Assembly: GCF_006345805.1 (NCBI RefSeq)
Contig: NC_043004.1
Location: forward strand, 103,416,001-103,480,000
DNA from: Octopus sinensis
Lineage: Eukaryota
Length of the DNA stretch: 64,000 nt
Reading direction: 5' to 3'
A program made the translations under genes and the position numbers. Numbering within the stretch: position 1 is the first letter of the stretch; each line of letters begins with the position of its first letter. The notes below the pieces were generated by a model. It was not told the origin of the DNA. It made no database searches and was given only the letters and a program-made list of their open reading frames with translations. Positions 40,174 to 52,243 of the stretch are shown one piece after another.

Positions 40174-40619
40174 TCTTTCGCGAAAACAGCCTAGCCAAAC
40201 TGCGTCCGAACAGCTACTGCCCACCCGCGTCCAGTATTTTCTCTTTGTTCCGGGTGTCCTGAAACGAGAGTCATCATCATATAATTCCATTCGCCGCTAC
40301 CATTCTCTTTGGATGACGCAGTTTCAAGACGAAAGGTACATTTGTTAAGACTCTGCGTCTGTTTCTTCATGTCTTTGTACCAGTTTTATGTCGCTGTACA
40401 ACGACTGAAACAGGTAAAAAACGCGCGCACGCACACAAATGTCTTTTACTTGTTTCAGTCATTGGACTGCAACCATAATGGGACATCGCGTTGAAGAACT
40501 TCAGATGAACGAATCGACCTCAGTGCTTGGTTTCTTTTTCAAGGGGGCGTAAACAAAACCAAAACCGATTTCGGTGGGTGGGTGGGTGGGACAAACACAA
40601 ACACAAAGACACACCCACA

Positions 40620-41085
40620 TAGATACACACACACACATACACACACACATACATACATACATACATACATACATACATACTACATACATACATACACATG
40701 CATACATACATACATACAGCCGAAATTGCGAGGATAATCTGGTTCTTGACTGAGGACAGAGGGCTTCGAATGACCCGTCCTTGTTTTCTTTGTATCGTCT
40801 ATCTGGATGTTTTGTTATCCCTTTTTGTATCACCTAGCTGTCCGGATGTTTTGCGTTCTTGTCCCATTTTGTATTTTATATATACATACATACATACATG
40901 CATACATACATACATACATACATACATACATACATACATACATGCATACATACATGCATGCATACATACATACATGCATGCATACATACATACATACATA
41001 CATACAAATACATACATACACACGCACACACACATACATACACACATACATACATACATACATACATACATACATACATACATAC

Positions 41086-41120
<35 letters not shown>

Positions 41121-41175
41121 CATACATACATACATACATACATACATACATACATACATACATACATACATACAT
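40620..41175. repeat. (TACA)n arrays around a short interspersed repeat (about 40717-40875)
   Basis: Direct reading. Confidence 0.9.
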
Positions 41176-41238
41176 GCGTCGCGTGCATATCGTTGGCGAT
41201 TTTCTTTCTCCGTGTTCCCTTCTTTGGACTTTTTCTAT

Positions 41239-41273
41239 ATTTCTGATGAAGAGTTCCGCACGAAACGTTAAAT
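41239..41273 (+). ncRNA. Minimal type I hammerhead ribozyme motif
   Basis: ATTT-CTGATGA-A-GAGTTCCGCAC-GAA-ACGT-T-AAAT; helix II imperfect. Confidence 0.6.
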
Positions 41274-41367
41274 CCTCTTTCTTTTCTTTCCTTTACCGAG
41301 CGTCCAATAACACTGTATTTATTCCACGTCCTCGCGCCGTTATTTTTTCTTGCTTGTTCATGTTTGG

Positions 41368-41427
<60 letters not shown>

Positions 41428-41640
41428 GTGAAATAGAAAGATGAATAATCTTGTAGTAGATTAATCAAAAGTTTAACCGATACCTTAGTAGCAAAAATCA
41501 CAGCAGTAAACAGCACGGTTGGAGGTACAACCATCTGGCGTTGCAACCGTGCGTTGGTGCGGATAATTGAAATTAAAACATTATTGGTGAATTGAAGAAA
41601 TGGAGCTGAACGCAGATTGAACAGAAATCGTTTTATTTCA

Positions 41641-41720
41641 TTCTACACGTGTTTCGAAAGGCACAAATTACCAAAATCCGATTGAATAATGGGACCATAT
41701 TGTGTCTTTCTCTTCAGGAA
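41641..41720 (-). ncRNA. Type I hammerhead ribozyme motif with long helix II
   Basis: Minus strand TTC-CTGAAGA-GAAAGACACAA...TTGTGCCTTTC-GAA-ACACGTGT-A-GAA; helix II 10/11 bp, helix I 3 bp. Confidence 0.75.
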
Positions 41721-42343
41721 GAAAAAAGGAAATCCGTTGGAAAAACAAAAACAGAACAGAGGCGGAGCAAAAAACAAATCGAACTGTGCTCCTAAGAGCC
41801 CATGGCGAAACTGTTTATCAGTGTATGTTGAGAACCGGTGGCTGAAGAATTCAACGGGTCAGGCATCGGTAAATCATGTGGGTGAGGGTGTATAGATGTT
41901 CTTTGTGACCGAGAATAAAGTTCTGACTATTTAAGGAATATTGGATGTTTTATAAGGGGCGAGAAAAAATCTACTTAGAGACGTGTGTGTGTGTATACTG
42001 TTCTATATATGTGTGTGTTGGCGTAGGGGTAGAAAACATTTTTTGTGTACGTGTGTGCGTTTGATCGTTCGGCTGTCAGTGGCTACTGCCGTGATAACCG
42101 TTGGGTGGCAGAAAGAAAAAAATTAAAAAAATATATATATATATTATGTTTTATGTGTGTGTGTGTTCATCTAAGCCTGCCTTGTGAAGGAAACCCCCCG
42201 CTGTGAGAAAACCAAGCCCCGTTTGTCTTACAGGAGTAATTCCCCTTGCAGTGGTTAATCGTATATAAAATAGTAAAAAGTGAAAAAACTACAGAAGGCT
42301 TGTTTTAAAAGGTTACACGTGCTTTCAAACACCAACTTTCTCA

Positions 42344-42382
<39 letters not shown>

Positions 42383-42406
42383 CACAAACACACACGCACA
42401 CACATA

Positions 42407-42570
42407 CTATATTTTAATGTGTATAAGGAACATCTTAATTTTGGGGGCTTAAAATTTGATAAAAATAGTTTTGTAAGGGATTATAATACTATCCATGTAT
42501 AAGAAACTCCCATAAGTTTTTTAACCTAAATTTTTTACAAAAAGGGTTCCTTATACACGTTAAAATACGG
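42407..42570. mobile_element. TA-flanked MITE, TACCGTA-type ends
   Basis: TIRs CTATATTTTAATGTGTATAAGGAAC and GTTCCTTATACACGTTAAAATACGG. Confidence 0.7.
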
Positions 42571-42574
42571 TATA

Positions 42575-42618
<44 letters not shown>

Positions 42619-42702
42619 TGTTAAAGAGGACAACAAATGTTAAGGCAAGGCAAACATCTCAAATCATATACATTATTATTATTATTGGAAAAAAAATTCG
42701 AA

Positions 42703-42758
42703 GTCTTACAGCTGTTTCTGTGATATCTCAGAGTATGGGATATTCCGTCATCGGAGAC
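42703..42758 (-). ncRNA. Degenerate hammerhead motif (CCGATGA core)
   Basis: Minus strand GTCT-CCGATGA...ATATC/GATAT...GAA-ACAGCTGT-A-AGAC. Confidence 0.55.
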
Positions 42759-43186
42759 AACTAAGGAAAATGAAAAGGGCACAGATTAATGAAATGAAGA
42801 CAAAGAGGACAGGAGTTTATGAATAAGGAGATGAAGAAAGAGAAGAAAAAAGAAGCATATAAGTTCATATTTCAACTTTCCGATCGTGTAGAAGTAAGTA
42901 CGGAAGCCCCTAAGTGCAATCCTGCGTAAATCCATGTAGGTTAAAGTCCTGATAGTGTAAATATCCAGAAACACAAGCGAACATATTAACATACAATAAC
43001 AGAATCGTAGCGGAGGTGTCTGTTAAGTGGTATAAAGTAAGAAAAAAAGAAGCCCTATATATATATATATATATATATATACCGGAGTAAACACATAAAT
43101 GTGAAACAAGGTGGAAAAAAAGAGTACTCAAATACCAGTGGTAGAGTAATATGCTTTATTTAAAGCAGCAGAAAATTCAACAAAAC

Positions 43187-43224
43187 CTGTTACTCTGAGT
43201 TTCCCGTTGCAGTTCATCAGACAG
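43187..43224 (-). ncRNA. Mirror-image hammerhead motif (left arm of fold-back)
   Basis: Reverse complement of 43238-43275 with one mismatch in helix II. Confidence 0.7.
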
Positions 43225-43237
43225 ATTCTAGCAAAAA

Positions 43238-43275
43238 CTGTCTGATGAACGGCAACGGGAAACTCAGAGTAACAG
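43238..43275 (+). ncRNA. Minimal type I hammerhead ribozyme motif
   Basis: Helix I CTGT/ACAG, core CTGATGA, short helix II around GCAA, GAA, helix III ACTC-A-GAGT, predicted GUA cleavage after 43271. Confidence 0.8.
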
Positions 43276-43311
43276 GTTTTGTTGAATTTTCTGCTGCTTT
43301 AAATAAAGTAT

Positions 43312-43403
<92 letters not shown>

Positions 43404-43453
43404 CATATATACATATATACAACACATATATATATGTATGTGTGTGTGTGTGT

Positions 43454-43490
<37 letters not shown>

Positions 43491-43674
43491 GTGTGTATGA
43501 CGGGCATCTTTCAGTTTCCGCGTATAAAATCCACTCGGCCCGGAAACTATAGTAGATGACACTTGTTCAAGATGCTACGTACTGAAATATTACCAGGAAC
43601 TACACGGATAGGAAGCATAATTCTTACCAAACAACCATGCCTGCATCTTCTTTACACAAATATTAATATGTACT

Positions 43675-43740
<66 letters not shown>

Positions 43741-43773
43741 TATGGACAGATAGATAGATAGATAGATAGATAG

Positions 43774-43833
<60 letters not shown>

Positions 43834-43835
<2 letters not shown>

Positions 43836-44819
43836 GTTTCTTTATTGGCCACACAGGGCTGCACACAGATGGGACAAGTTACAAGGTAGAGCTTTTCTTT
43901 TGGGGGATGAAGAGAACAAAAAACAAAAGAAAAAAAAAACAGGGGTGGCGTAGGTTTTCGATCAAAAGGGAAGAAAAGAACAAAAAGAAAATTTGAATAA
44001 AATAAAAGGAATAAAAAGAAAAAAAAGAAAAGGAAAAGGAACAAAAGGAAAGAGAAATGAAAAAAAGAAGAAAAAAGGGGAAAAAAAGGGGGAAGAGGAA
44101 AAAAAAACGATCAATAGGGATCGTGTATCACAGTGTTATGATATATGGTGTAAAGGGGAAAGCAAGTAAGGTTTATCCGTGGGAAGAAAAGCCTACGAAA
44201 AAGACCACGGTAACCTTGGTTAATATTGTTATATGTTACCACATTTGTTTGCAAGTGGGTAACCCTCTGTTTTCAATTTCTGGGTTCATAGGATTATGCT
44301 CAAGGTGGCTTCGTCATTCATACGTGCCATCCTTGCTACATTCACCCATCTTTTTTTAAAACATTTGCTAGACAAAACTTGCCTCTCTACTCTCACTTTC
44401 CTTTTCAAGTGGTACTTGAAGAAGTTGATGAGAGATTGACCAGAGAGGAAAGTGTTTGTCTCCAATCCTTTCAGACGCGTCCACCAGATACATTCTTTCG
44501 CCATAGCCACAAGGATGATGAAAATAGCTCTTCCTTCCCGTTTGAAGGAAGGAGGCGTGACAATATTGGCGATAGACTCAGCTGATAAACCGACTCGTCC
44601 CACACGTGACAGCAGTTGTTCGACATAAGCCCACAGGTCGGAAATTGTTGGACACTGCACGAGTGCGTGCAGAACGGTTTCGTCGCTCTGACCGCATCTC
44701 GGGCAGGTCGGCCCCGTGTTTCTCGAACCGTGTCTGTAGAGCTTATCCCGAACGGGTAGCGCTTCTCGGTAGCACTGCCAGGCCAGGGATCTCTGGAAGT
44801 TGTCCATGGGCCCTGGCCC
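43834..44819 (-). mobile_element. 5'-truncated Tx1/L1-clade LINE in a (GATA)n array
   Basis: ORF 44286-44807 with CPRCGQSDETVLHALVQC zinc finger; 3' UTR ends AATAAAGAAAC then (TATC)n; (GATA)n at both ends. Confidence 0.9.
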
Positions 44820-44902
<83 letters not shown>

Positions 44903-45294
44903 GGCTGGCTGGCTGGCTGGATTGAAGGTTGTGTTTACAAATGGAAAAAAATGCACTCGATACATAAAGTAAAGTATGTATAATTTATTACAATCGGAAT
45001 CTTCTAATATCATAAACATTGAGTTTCACGTTACTGATAATCTCTACGAGCAAAATAGTGGAGCAGTTTAGCAGGACTGCCAACTATCACACCTACTCAG
45101 ACATGTTACCTCTGTACTCAATGTCTTGCTAACTTATTACCTGTCGCTTTTTATTCTCAGCAGCATCCACACCGTTTTTTTTTTCCTGATGGTCTTAAAG
45201 ATATATAATATAATATATTACATATCATGACAGTTACGGCTGGTGCTAACTAATTAATCATCTAATACATGTATGTTTATGTGCATGGGCATAT

Positions 45295-45385
<91 letters not shown>

Positions 45386-45591
45386 CATACATACATACAT
45401 ACATACATACATACATACATACATACATACACACATGTATATATATATAGAGAGAGAGGGGGATAGAGAAAGAGAGATGGAGCTATCTCTAAACAGACAC
45501 ACATCTACATATAGATATGGGAGTATATATGTATGTATGTATATATGTGTGTGTATGAGTGTGTATCTATGTATGTGTACTGTGTGTGTGC

Positions 45592-45629
<38 letters not shown>

Positions 45630-45959
45630 ATTCTGTGTTAAATTAAGAAACAATGACGAATGAACATTCTGTAAATAATAATTATAAGCTTAATTTTATA
45701 AGCGTTAATCCACATTTTTCCATCAAGGGCAAATATGCCCCAATATTAGACTTCTTTCTTTGACCAATACACGGTGAACGCTTATAAGTTTTAAGCTTAT
45801 ATTAATAATTATTATTATTTAGATAGTGATTGTGGTCTGGAACGTCGGGTCAACATCTCAGAAGGATAGGTTGTATCCCATCTAATGTGACTCTACTCAG
45901 AAGGCTGTTATATCATTTGACAGGAACACGGTATAAAGAGAAAAATGGAACGAGGTGGT

Positions 45960-47030
45960 AACTTTAAATGTCTTTGATACCGGCCACACGTATATATACA
46001 CAAGCATCTGGTGCTATTTTCTTGTCGGTTTTGCTTTTCTTCCTCTCGTCTTTTGAAACCCTCGCCGAATTCAGATCTTCAGTGGGAGTGACCACCAGCA
46101 ATGTCCTCCCACCTCTTAACGTTCATGTGAAGAGACTTCATGTCTCTCTTGTAGACATCTGTGAAATGAAGTTGGGGGCTCTTTTGTGTTAACCTACCAG
46201 AGACCAGTTCCTCGTGTAGCATTGGATTCTATCCCGCGCTTTGCTACATACGAATCTCAAAGTGCAATTCAGTCATAGTTTGATCGTGCACAACCGAGAT
46301 TTTATCCAATGAACGGCTGTTGTTCACATGATAGTTCGGTGATTAGAACTTTCCGTGAGCGGGACCTAGAAATACAGTCAATTTAAGGGTCAAAAATTCA
46401 GAGTGTCTTGGGTCGAGTTTGAATAATACTCTCCATACAGCTGTTCTCGTGGCAGCATATTCAATCGAGGACGATCGAAGAAGACATGACACAGCACCTG
46501 AATATTTACTTGTTACGTAAAACCTAGCCTAAGTGTTACATTTCAAACAGACATTTCCCTTCAATTTCATATTACGCTATTTCATCTTACTGTTTCCATT
46601 AAATGTATTGCATGAACACCTTACCTATGAATGTAACAAAATAAATTATGTTCAAACATAAAAATAAACCTCTGTTACGCTCATATTGCAGGTCTTTCGA
46701 GTATTCCTTATCTGACGTGCAATGTGCGTGACCCAGCGTCGTTGCTGAAGTAAGACGAGAAGGCTGGGTATCTGGGTCAATCTACTCGGTGTTGCTTAGT
46801 ACTTACCGTTACCATCTACAACTTTTTGAGAGCTTCTACTAACGCTGCTTCCGCAACATTCTCCGCATCCACTGCAGGAATTTACTGACCAATACTGAAA
46901 CTCTTGAAAGGCATTGAGGCCATACTCTCAAAGACGTAGCTATACAAGACAAGGTATGCTTCCTTAATGCAGGATTATTGCCGGCCCATAATTGTGTTGC
47001 ATGGCAAAAAAATCTACAGGCCACCGTAAA
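45960..47030 (-). mobile_element. Decayed RTE-clade LINE fragments
   Basis: DVYKRDMKSLHMNVKRWEDIA, IPSLLVLLQQRRWVTHIAR, KFLQWMRRML. Confidence 0.7.
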
Positions 47031-47039
47031 AGAGGAGTA

Positions 47040-47743
47040 CTGTAAATCTTCGAGTATAGTCCGCCCTTGAGTATAACACGCAGGGGATTTTTAAGGGGCT
47101 GTACCTCTGAAAAACCTAAACCTTGTGTATAATAGGCACCCCTTCTATAACTTGAGTAAGGAGGTTTGTAAAACTGTATACGGTAACGTTCTTTATTATT
47201 ATTGTATATATAACATAATGCAAGCATGTAGCTTTTTTGTGCATTTTGTTTGCAGAAAATAAAGAAATAACAGTAAGCGTAATTAAATCTCAGAATGAGA
47301 TTGAAACAGTAATCGCTCGATAATGTAAAGTATAGAAGCCATCTTATCATGGCTAACCACATTGGGGAGGGGGTGTTACTGTAGCTTTATAGCCCCAAGA
47401 GATCGTCGTCTCCCCCTCCCCAATGTGGTTACCCATGATAAGATGGCTTCTATACTTTACATTAAAGAAATAACAGCAATAACAGTAATAACATTTAATA
47501 AATGTTGCTTACTGCAAGTTATGGATGATTATTTTATGACTTCATTGCTTTCAGGTTTAGCTTAAGGTATTTTTGCACCCGACATCACAAAATGCGTCTG
47601 AATAAACATTGCCGGACAGCAAATAGAGACTCGGACATCGCTTAGAAAATATTTTTTATTTTTAACTCGTATATAGCACGCACTAGGGATTTTGACCTTT
47701 AAATTTTTGGGGAAAAATGCGGATTATACTCGAGGATTTACGG
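47040..47743. mobile_element. TA-flanked non-autonomous DNA transposon (pogo/Tigger-like TACCGTA ends)
   Basis: TIRs CTGTAAATCTTCGAGTATAGTCCGC and GCGGATTATACTCGAGGATTTACGG; TA at 47038-47039 and 47744-47745. Confidence 0.75.
47321..47464. mobile_element. Young fold-back MITE nested in 47040-47743
   Basis: About 53-bp arms with one mismatch, about 37-nt loop, TA ends. Confidence 0.75.
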
Positions 47744-48776
47744 TACAAAAGAAGAAATCCCTTCTTGCAATCAACAATCGCCAGCGGTCTGATATAGCCT
47801 CTGATCACGAGGCCTAGGCACCAGTTTGTTTCCGCTTCCAAAAAAAATGCACGCAGGGCCGACTTTGAATATAAAAGATGAAGGAAGAACCATCACACTG
47901 CTGCACCGAAAACAGAACAGAATTGGAAAGATACAAAAGTTTTGACAGGATGCAAAACTGTTACTCTGAAATATATATACTGTAAAATGCATCATTCACG
48001 TGTTGAGGTTAGCATATGCTCTTGTTGTCTTAGCATGTGAAGAGATATCTGGTGAGCGCGACGATGCGTGGATCCATTCAGTATGATACACGACAATAAG
48101 TAGAACAGCTTAACCTGTCTCAATCCAACATAGTTAAAGTCACTTTTGTACATGTTATCTTGAACCTTCAGTCATGTATAATATTTCATCTGTTATATAA
48201 ATATTCTTTGACGAACTATCTAATATTATATATCTTCGTGAATTATCAACATTATAATAATGGCGCCGCCGCTAGGATGCGAATCGGCGCTGACTGATAC
48301 TGACCTTTTGAAACTAGGTTAAGATGCTGTTATAGCTTTAGTTAAGCAGCACACACACAATTAACAGAGACCTAAATTATGTTAACGAAAGATTTATTCG
48401 GTTAAATACACGAGGGCGACTGCTGCCAGTCAACTCCTGCTTAACCAGAAGTCCACTTCGCCGCAGATCAGTTCTCTTGCTAGCCCGCAGCAAAATACCT
48501 GTCTACAATTCGTTTGTCTTAAATCTTTGGGCAGTGCCCTACATTGTACTGCTACCACTAGAGCAAGAACATTGAAAAACAATAATGGAACTGATGGCTG
48601 AAAGGAGATAACGTGTTTATTTATGAATGTCCGACATAGAGGTTATTCTGAAAAGGATACGGATAACTCATCGGGGAAAACAAAGGGAACAAAAATACTA
48701 GAGGACATGTGTTTTAGTGAAATATGGGAGACGATGATGAATCAAGAACTTGATCATTATAGAATGAACCAGGTTC

Positions 48777-49011
48777 ATTTCGATATTTAAGAGATGAGGA
48801 ATTATGAACATTATTTACATTATTTTACATTATTTACATTCGACGGATATTTCTCTTAATCTTGTTTGTTGTTAATACAACGTTTCGGCTGATATACCTT
48901 TCAGCCTTGGGGAACCACGACGCCATATGCCCACGGGCATATGGCGTAGTGGTAGTGGTTAAGAGCGTGGGCTACTAACCCCAAGATTCCGAGTTCGATT
49001 CCAAGCAGTGA

Positions 49012-49047
<36 letters not shown>

Positions 49048-49210
49048 TGATGATAATAATAATAACATCGAAAAATACCTTAGGAATGAGAATCCAGGTT
49101 CGAAATTTCCCCACGACACCTGAAGAAAGCTGGAGGGTATATCAGCTGAAATGTTGTGTTGACAAAAAGAAGATGAGGACAAATATCCGTCGAATGTAAA
49201 TAATGTAAAT
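48777..49210 (+). mobile_element. TSD-bounded tRNA-headed, hammerhead-containing retroelement with inverted deleted 5' copy
   Basis: Direct repeat AATGAACCAGGTTC at 48763-48776 and 49211-49224; A box TGGCGTAGTGGT, B box GAGTTCGATTCC, (AAT)n linker, hammerhead, 3' tail; inverted partial copy about 48777-48932. Confidence 0.8.
49115..49160 (+). ncRNA. Type I hammerhead ribozyme motif inside tRNA-headed element
   Basis: Helix I GACAC/GTGTT, core CTGAAGA, helix II AGCTG/CAGCT, GAA-ATGT-T (ACGT in the inverted copy at 48879-48906). Confidence 0.75.
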
Positions 49211-50259
49211 AATGAACCAGGTTCCTGTTCAAATGATAGAAATCTTTTGGACTGGATTTCTACATCATTTTCGTGATGGATTTAGATTCAGCGAGTTTGT
49301 CGAGCTTGGTCAAGATGATAAAAGTAGTGAAGAGAAAATTTAAATGAGACTAATTGTGGGCATATATCATATGATAGATAAAGAAAAAAAATGTTGGAAT
49401 GACTCCAGTTGGGAAATATATTACTCGGTACGCGTATAAACTTCTATTACAACAGCGAGAAATGTTATCGTTTCTTAAATTAATCGATATTTCTCATTAA
49501 AGAGAGCCATGACTTGCTGATGCTTGTCACATTGTCAAAAAGAAAACAATCTCTGAATACAAATTCTGTGGTTATAAATATGTTAAAAGGAAATGTCCTA
49601 CATTTGAAGAATCATCCACACTATGCAACAAAAAGAAATATTTTTCCTCAGTTTGTAATTTCTAAAGCAAAAGTGTAGAACGTGTTGAATAAATTTACGA
49701 TAAAAGCTTTGATACTGATACAAATGTATAAATTTTAGATAACAAAGAAAAATTCTCTACATAAAGTTAAACTAAATATCGTAGAGTTAGGATATACAAG
49801 ATACCGGTAAAGAGGCTACCTTACTTCCAAGAATCTTTGATATTCAATGTTCCACTCAAATTTCGTAAAACCAGCAGCAACTCCGAACTTCCTCAGTTTT
49901 ATGGAACAATGATTGCAACTTTGGCCGTTTTTAAGGCACTCTAGAACTCGATAAATGGTTGTAGACTACAATAAAAGTCATGGAATTGTTGAAACTAATG
50001 TACTACGTATTTATAGTACAAGTTTAATCAATATTATTGTGTTGGACGTTGAAGATTATAGTATTCTAAAAGACTATAAAGATGGTATTTAAATTGATTG
50101 AAAATAAGTGTCATTTTTATTCTTAGAAATTTCCTATTCATATTTTTCCACCACGAAAGTAATTGAACTGGACATAATGATATATGTTCCACCAGGTGGT
50201 AGTGACTGAATGACCCCTATTGTCGTTATACAAACCCCGATAAAAACTTCGAGGGGATC

Positions 50260-50480
50260 AAAAAAATCGTTAGTTTTAAATTTTGGCACAAGGCAAGCAA
50301 TTTCTGGGTAAGTCGATTTCATCGACCTCGGTGTTTGATTAGTAATTATTTCATCGGCTCCGACAGGATGACAGGCAAAGTCTATCTCAGGGGATTTTGA
50401 ACTCAGAACGTAAAGGCAGACGAATTGCCGCAAAAGCATTTCGTTCGACGGGCAAATTATTCTTCCAGCTCGCCGCCTTC
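50260..50480 (-). mobile_element. Degenerate SINE C
   Basis: Family motifs. Confidence 0.7.
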
Positions 50481-51169
50481 TTCAAACCCTAATATTGAAC
50501 TTATCTTTAATTCATTAGCTGGACTAAACATATTTTTTTTTGTAAAATATGATCTCTGCAGTACTTATCGCTTAATTCAAGTAGATAAATGACTTCAAAG
50601 AAACCATTACTATTAATAGCGAAACTGATTTACTGAGAGAGACACGAATTCCTTCCGAGATATAAAAAACAAAAGAAGAAAATCTGCATAATTTTTCAAC
50701 GTGCAATAGAAAAGTCATTAGAGGACAGACAGAATATAATCTATGCAATCGCCCCTCTACCCTATAGCACATAATCGCAACTCACTCAACACATACGAAA
50801 CACACAAACACCTTTAAGCAAAATAACATAATTCGAATTCCTCATTGCGTAACAGACGAACAACTAAAACGACACCGAGATAAAAAAAAAAAAAAGAAAA
50901 CACTCCTTGCAAGATAAAACAGACTTAACATGTAAATGCCATTCTATACTTTCAAAAGACAATGCAATGCACAGACACCAGGTACAAAGAAGGACAAATG
51001 CTTCAGTAGAAACTCTGCCATGACAGTTGAAAACCTGACAAGAAGGACTTTTTTTTGTGACATCAGGGAACAGTCGATTACACAGAACTCAGTACTTGAA
51101 TCGTAATTATTTAATCGGTTTGCCCCATCTGTCCCCCAAAATTACAGGCCTTGTGTCTACAGTAGGAAG

Positions 51170-51328
51170 GAGTAGCTGTGTGGCAAGTAGCTTGCTTACC
51201 AGCCATATGGTGCTGGGTTCAGTCCCACTACGTGGAACCTTGGGCAAGTGTCTTCTACTATAGCTTCGGGCCGACCAAAGCCTTGTGAGTGGATTTCGTA
51301 GACGGAAAACTGAAAGAAGTCTGTCGTA

Positions 51329-51412
<84 letters not shown>

Positions 51413-51600
51413 TTCCCCCAACATCGCTTGACAACGGATACTGGCGTGTTTACGTCCCCGGAACTTTGCGGTTCGGCAAAAGACACCAATAGAATAAGTA
51501 CTAGGCTTACAAAGAATAAGTCCTGGGGTCGATTTGCTCGACTAAAGGCGGTGCTCCAGCATGGCCGCAGTCAAATGACTGAAACAAGTAAAAGAATAAA
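51170..51600 (+). mobile_element. Full SINE family B
   Basis: Head, microsatellite, tail. Confidence 0.9.
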
Positions 51601-51602
51601 AA

Positions 51603-51653
<51 letters not shown>

Positions 51654-51845
51654 GGCGGCGAGCTGGCAAAATCGTTAACACGCCGGGCAAAATGTTCTGA
51701 GTTCAAATTCCGCTGAGGTCGACTTTGCTTTTCATCCTTTCGGAGGTCGATAAATTAAGTAGCAGTTGCGTGCTGGGGGTCGATCTAATCGACTGGCCCC
51801 CTCCCACCAAATTTCAGGCCTTGTACCTATAGTAGAAAGGATTAT
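51654..51845 (+). mobile_element. SINE C between (ATT)n arrays
   Basis: Family motifs. Confidence 0.8.
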
Positions 51846-52170
51846 GATAATAATAATAATAATAATCATAATAATAATAATAATTATTATTATTATTATA
51901 ATATTATTATTATAATGCAGCAACACTTATCCACCGTGTCCAATTAAGTCTTCTGTTTTTACAAATATCCAATTAAATATCAGACTGGTTTGATGCTTCC
52001 TCAAATCTTTGGTTGGGTGCAAGAGTATTGGAAGACTTAGTTCGTTTTCTGTGTTTCAACTTTGGCACTCTACCAGCTGTTCTTCTGATAATCAAAGATT
52101 AGCACTGGAATTTGAAGAAATAAAATGGGGTTTACGACAACACGAGTGGTTTTGAGTGTGTCTGTGTGTC

Positions 52171-52243
<73 letters not shown>

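Larger units (their letters stand above)
43081..43308. mobile_element. Penelope-like-derived fold-back in (TA)n
   Basis: 71-bp inverted arms 43154-43224 and 43238-43308, one mismatch, 13-nt loop, (TA)n on both sides. Confidence 0.75.

Noticed and set aside
40310-40375. Additional hammerhead on minus strand (AGACG/CGTCT helix, GAAAC-TGC-GTC)
   Set aside because: C3 missing and helix I does not pair; at best a decayed copy
41786-41820. CCTAAGA-GCC(CAT)GGC-GAAAC motif
   Set aside because: Core broken and no helix I
46807-46871. Apparent terminal exon encoding VDAENVAEAALVEALKKL-stop with good splice signals (minus)
   Set aside because: Another frame of the same stretch matches a decayed RTE RT (KFLQWMRRML; IPSLLVLLQQRRW just downstream), so it is more simply LINE debris
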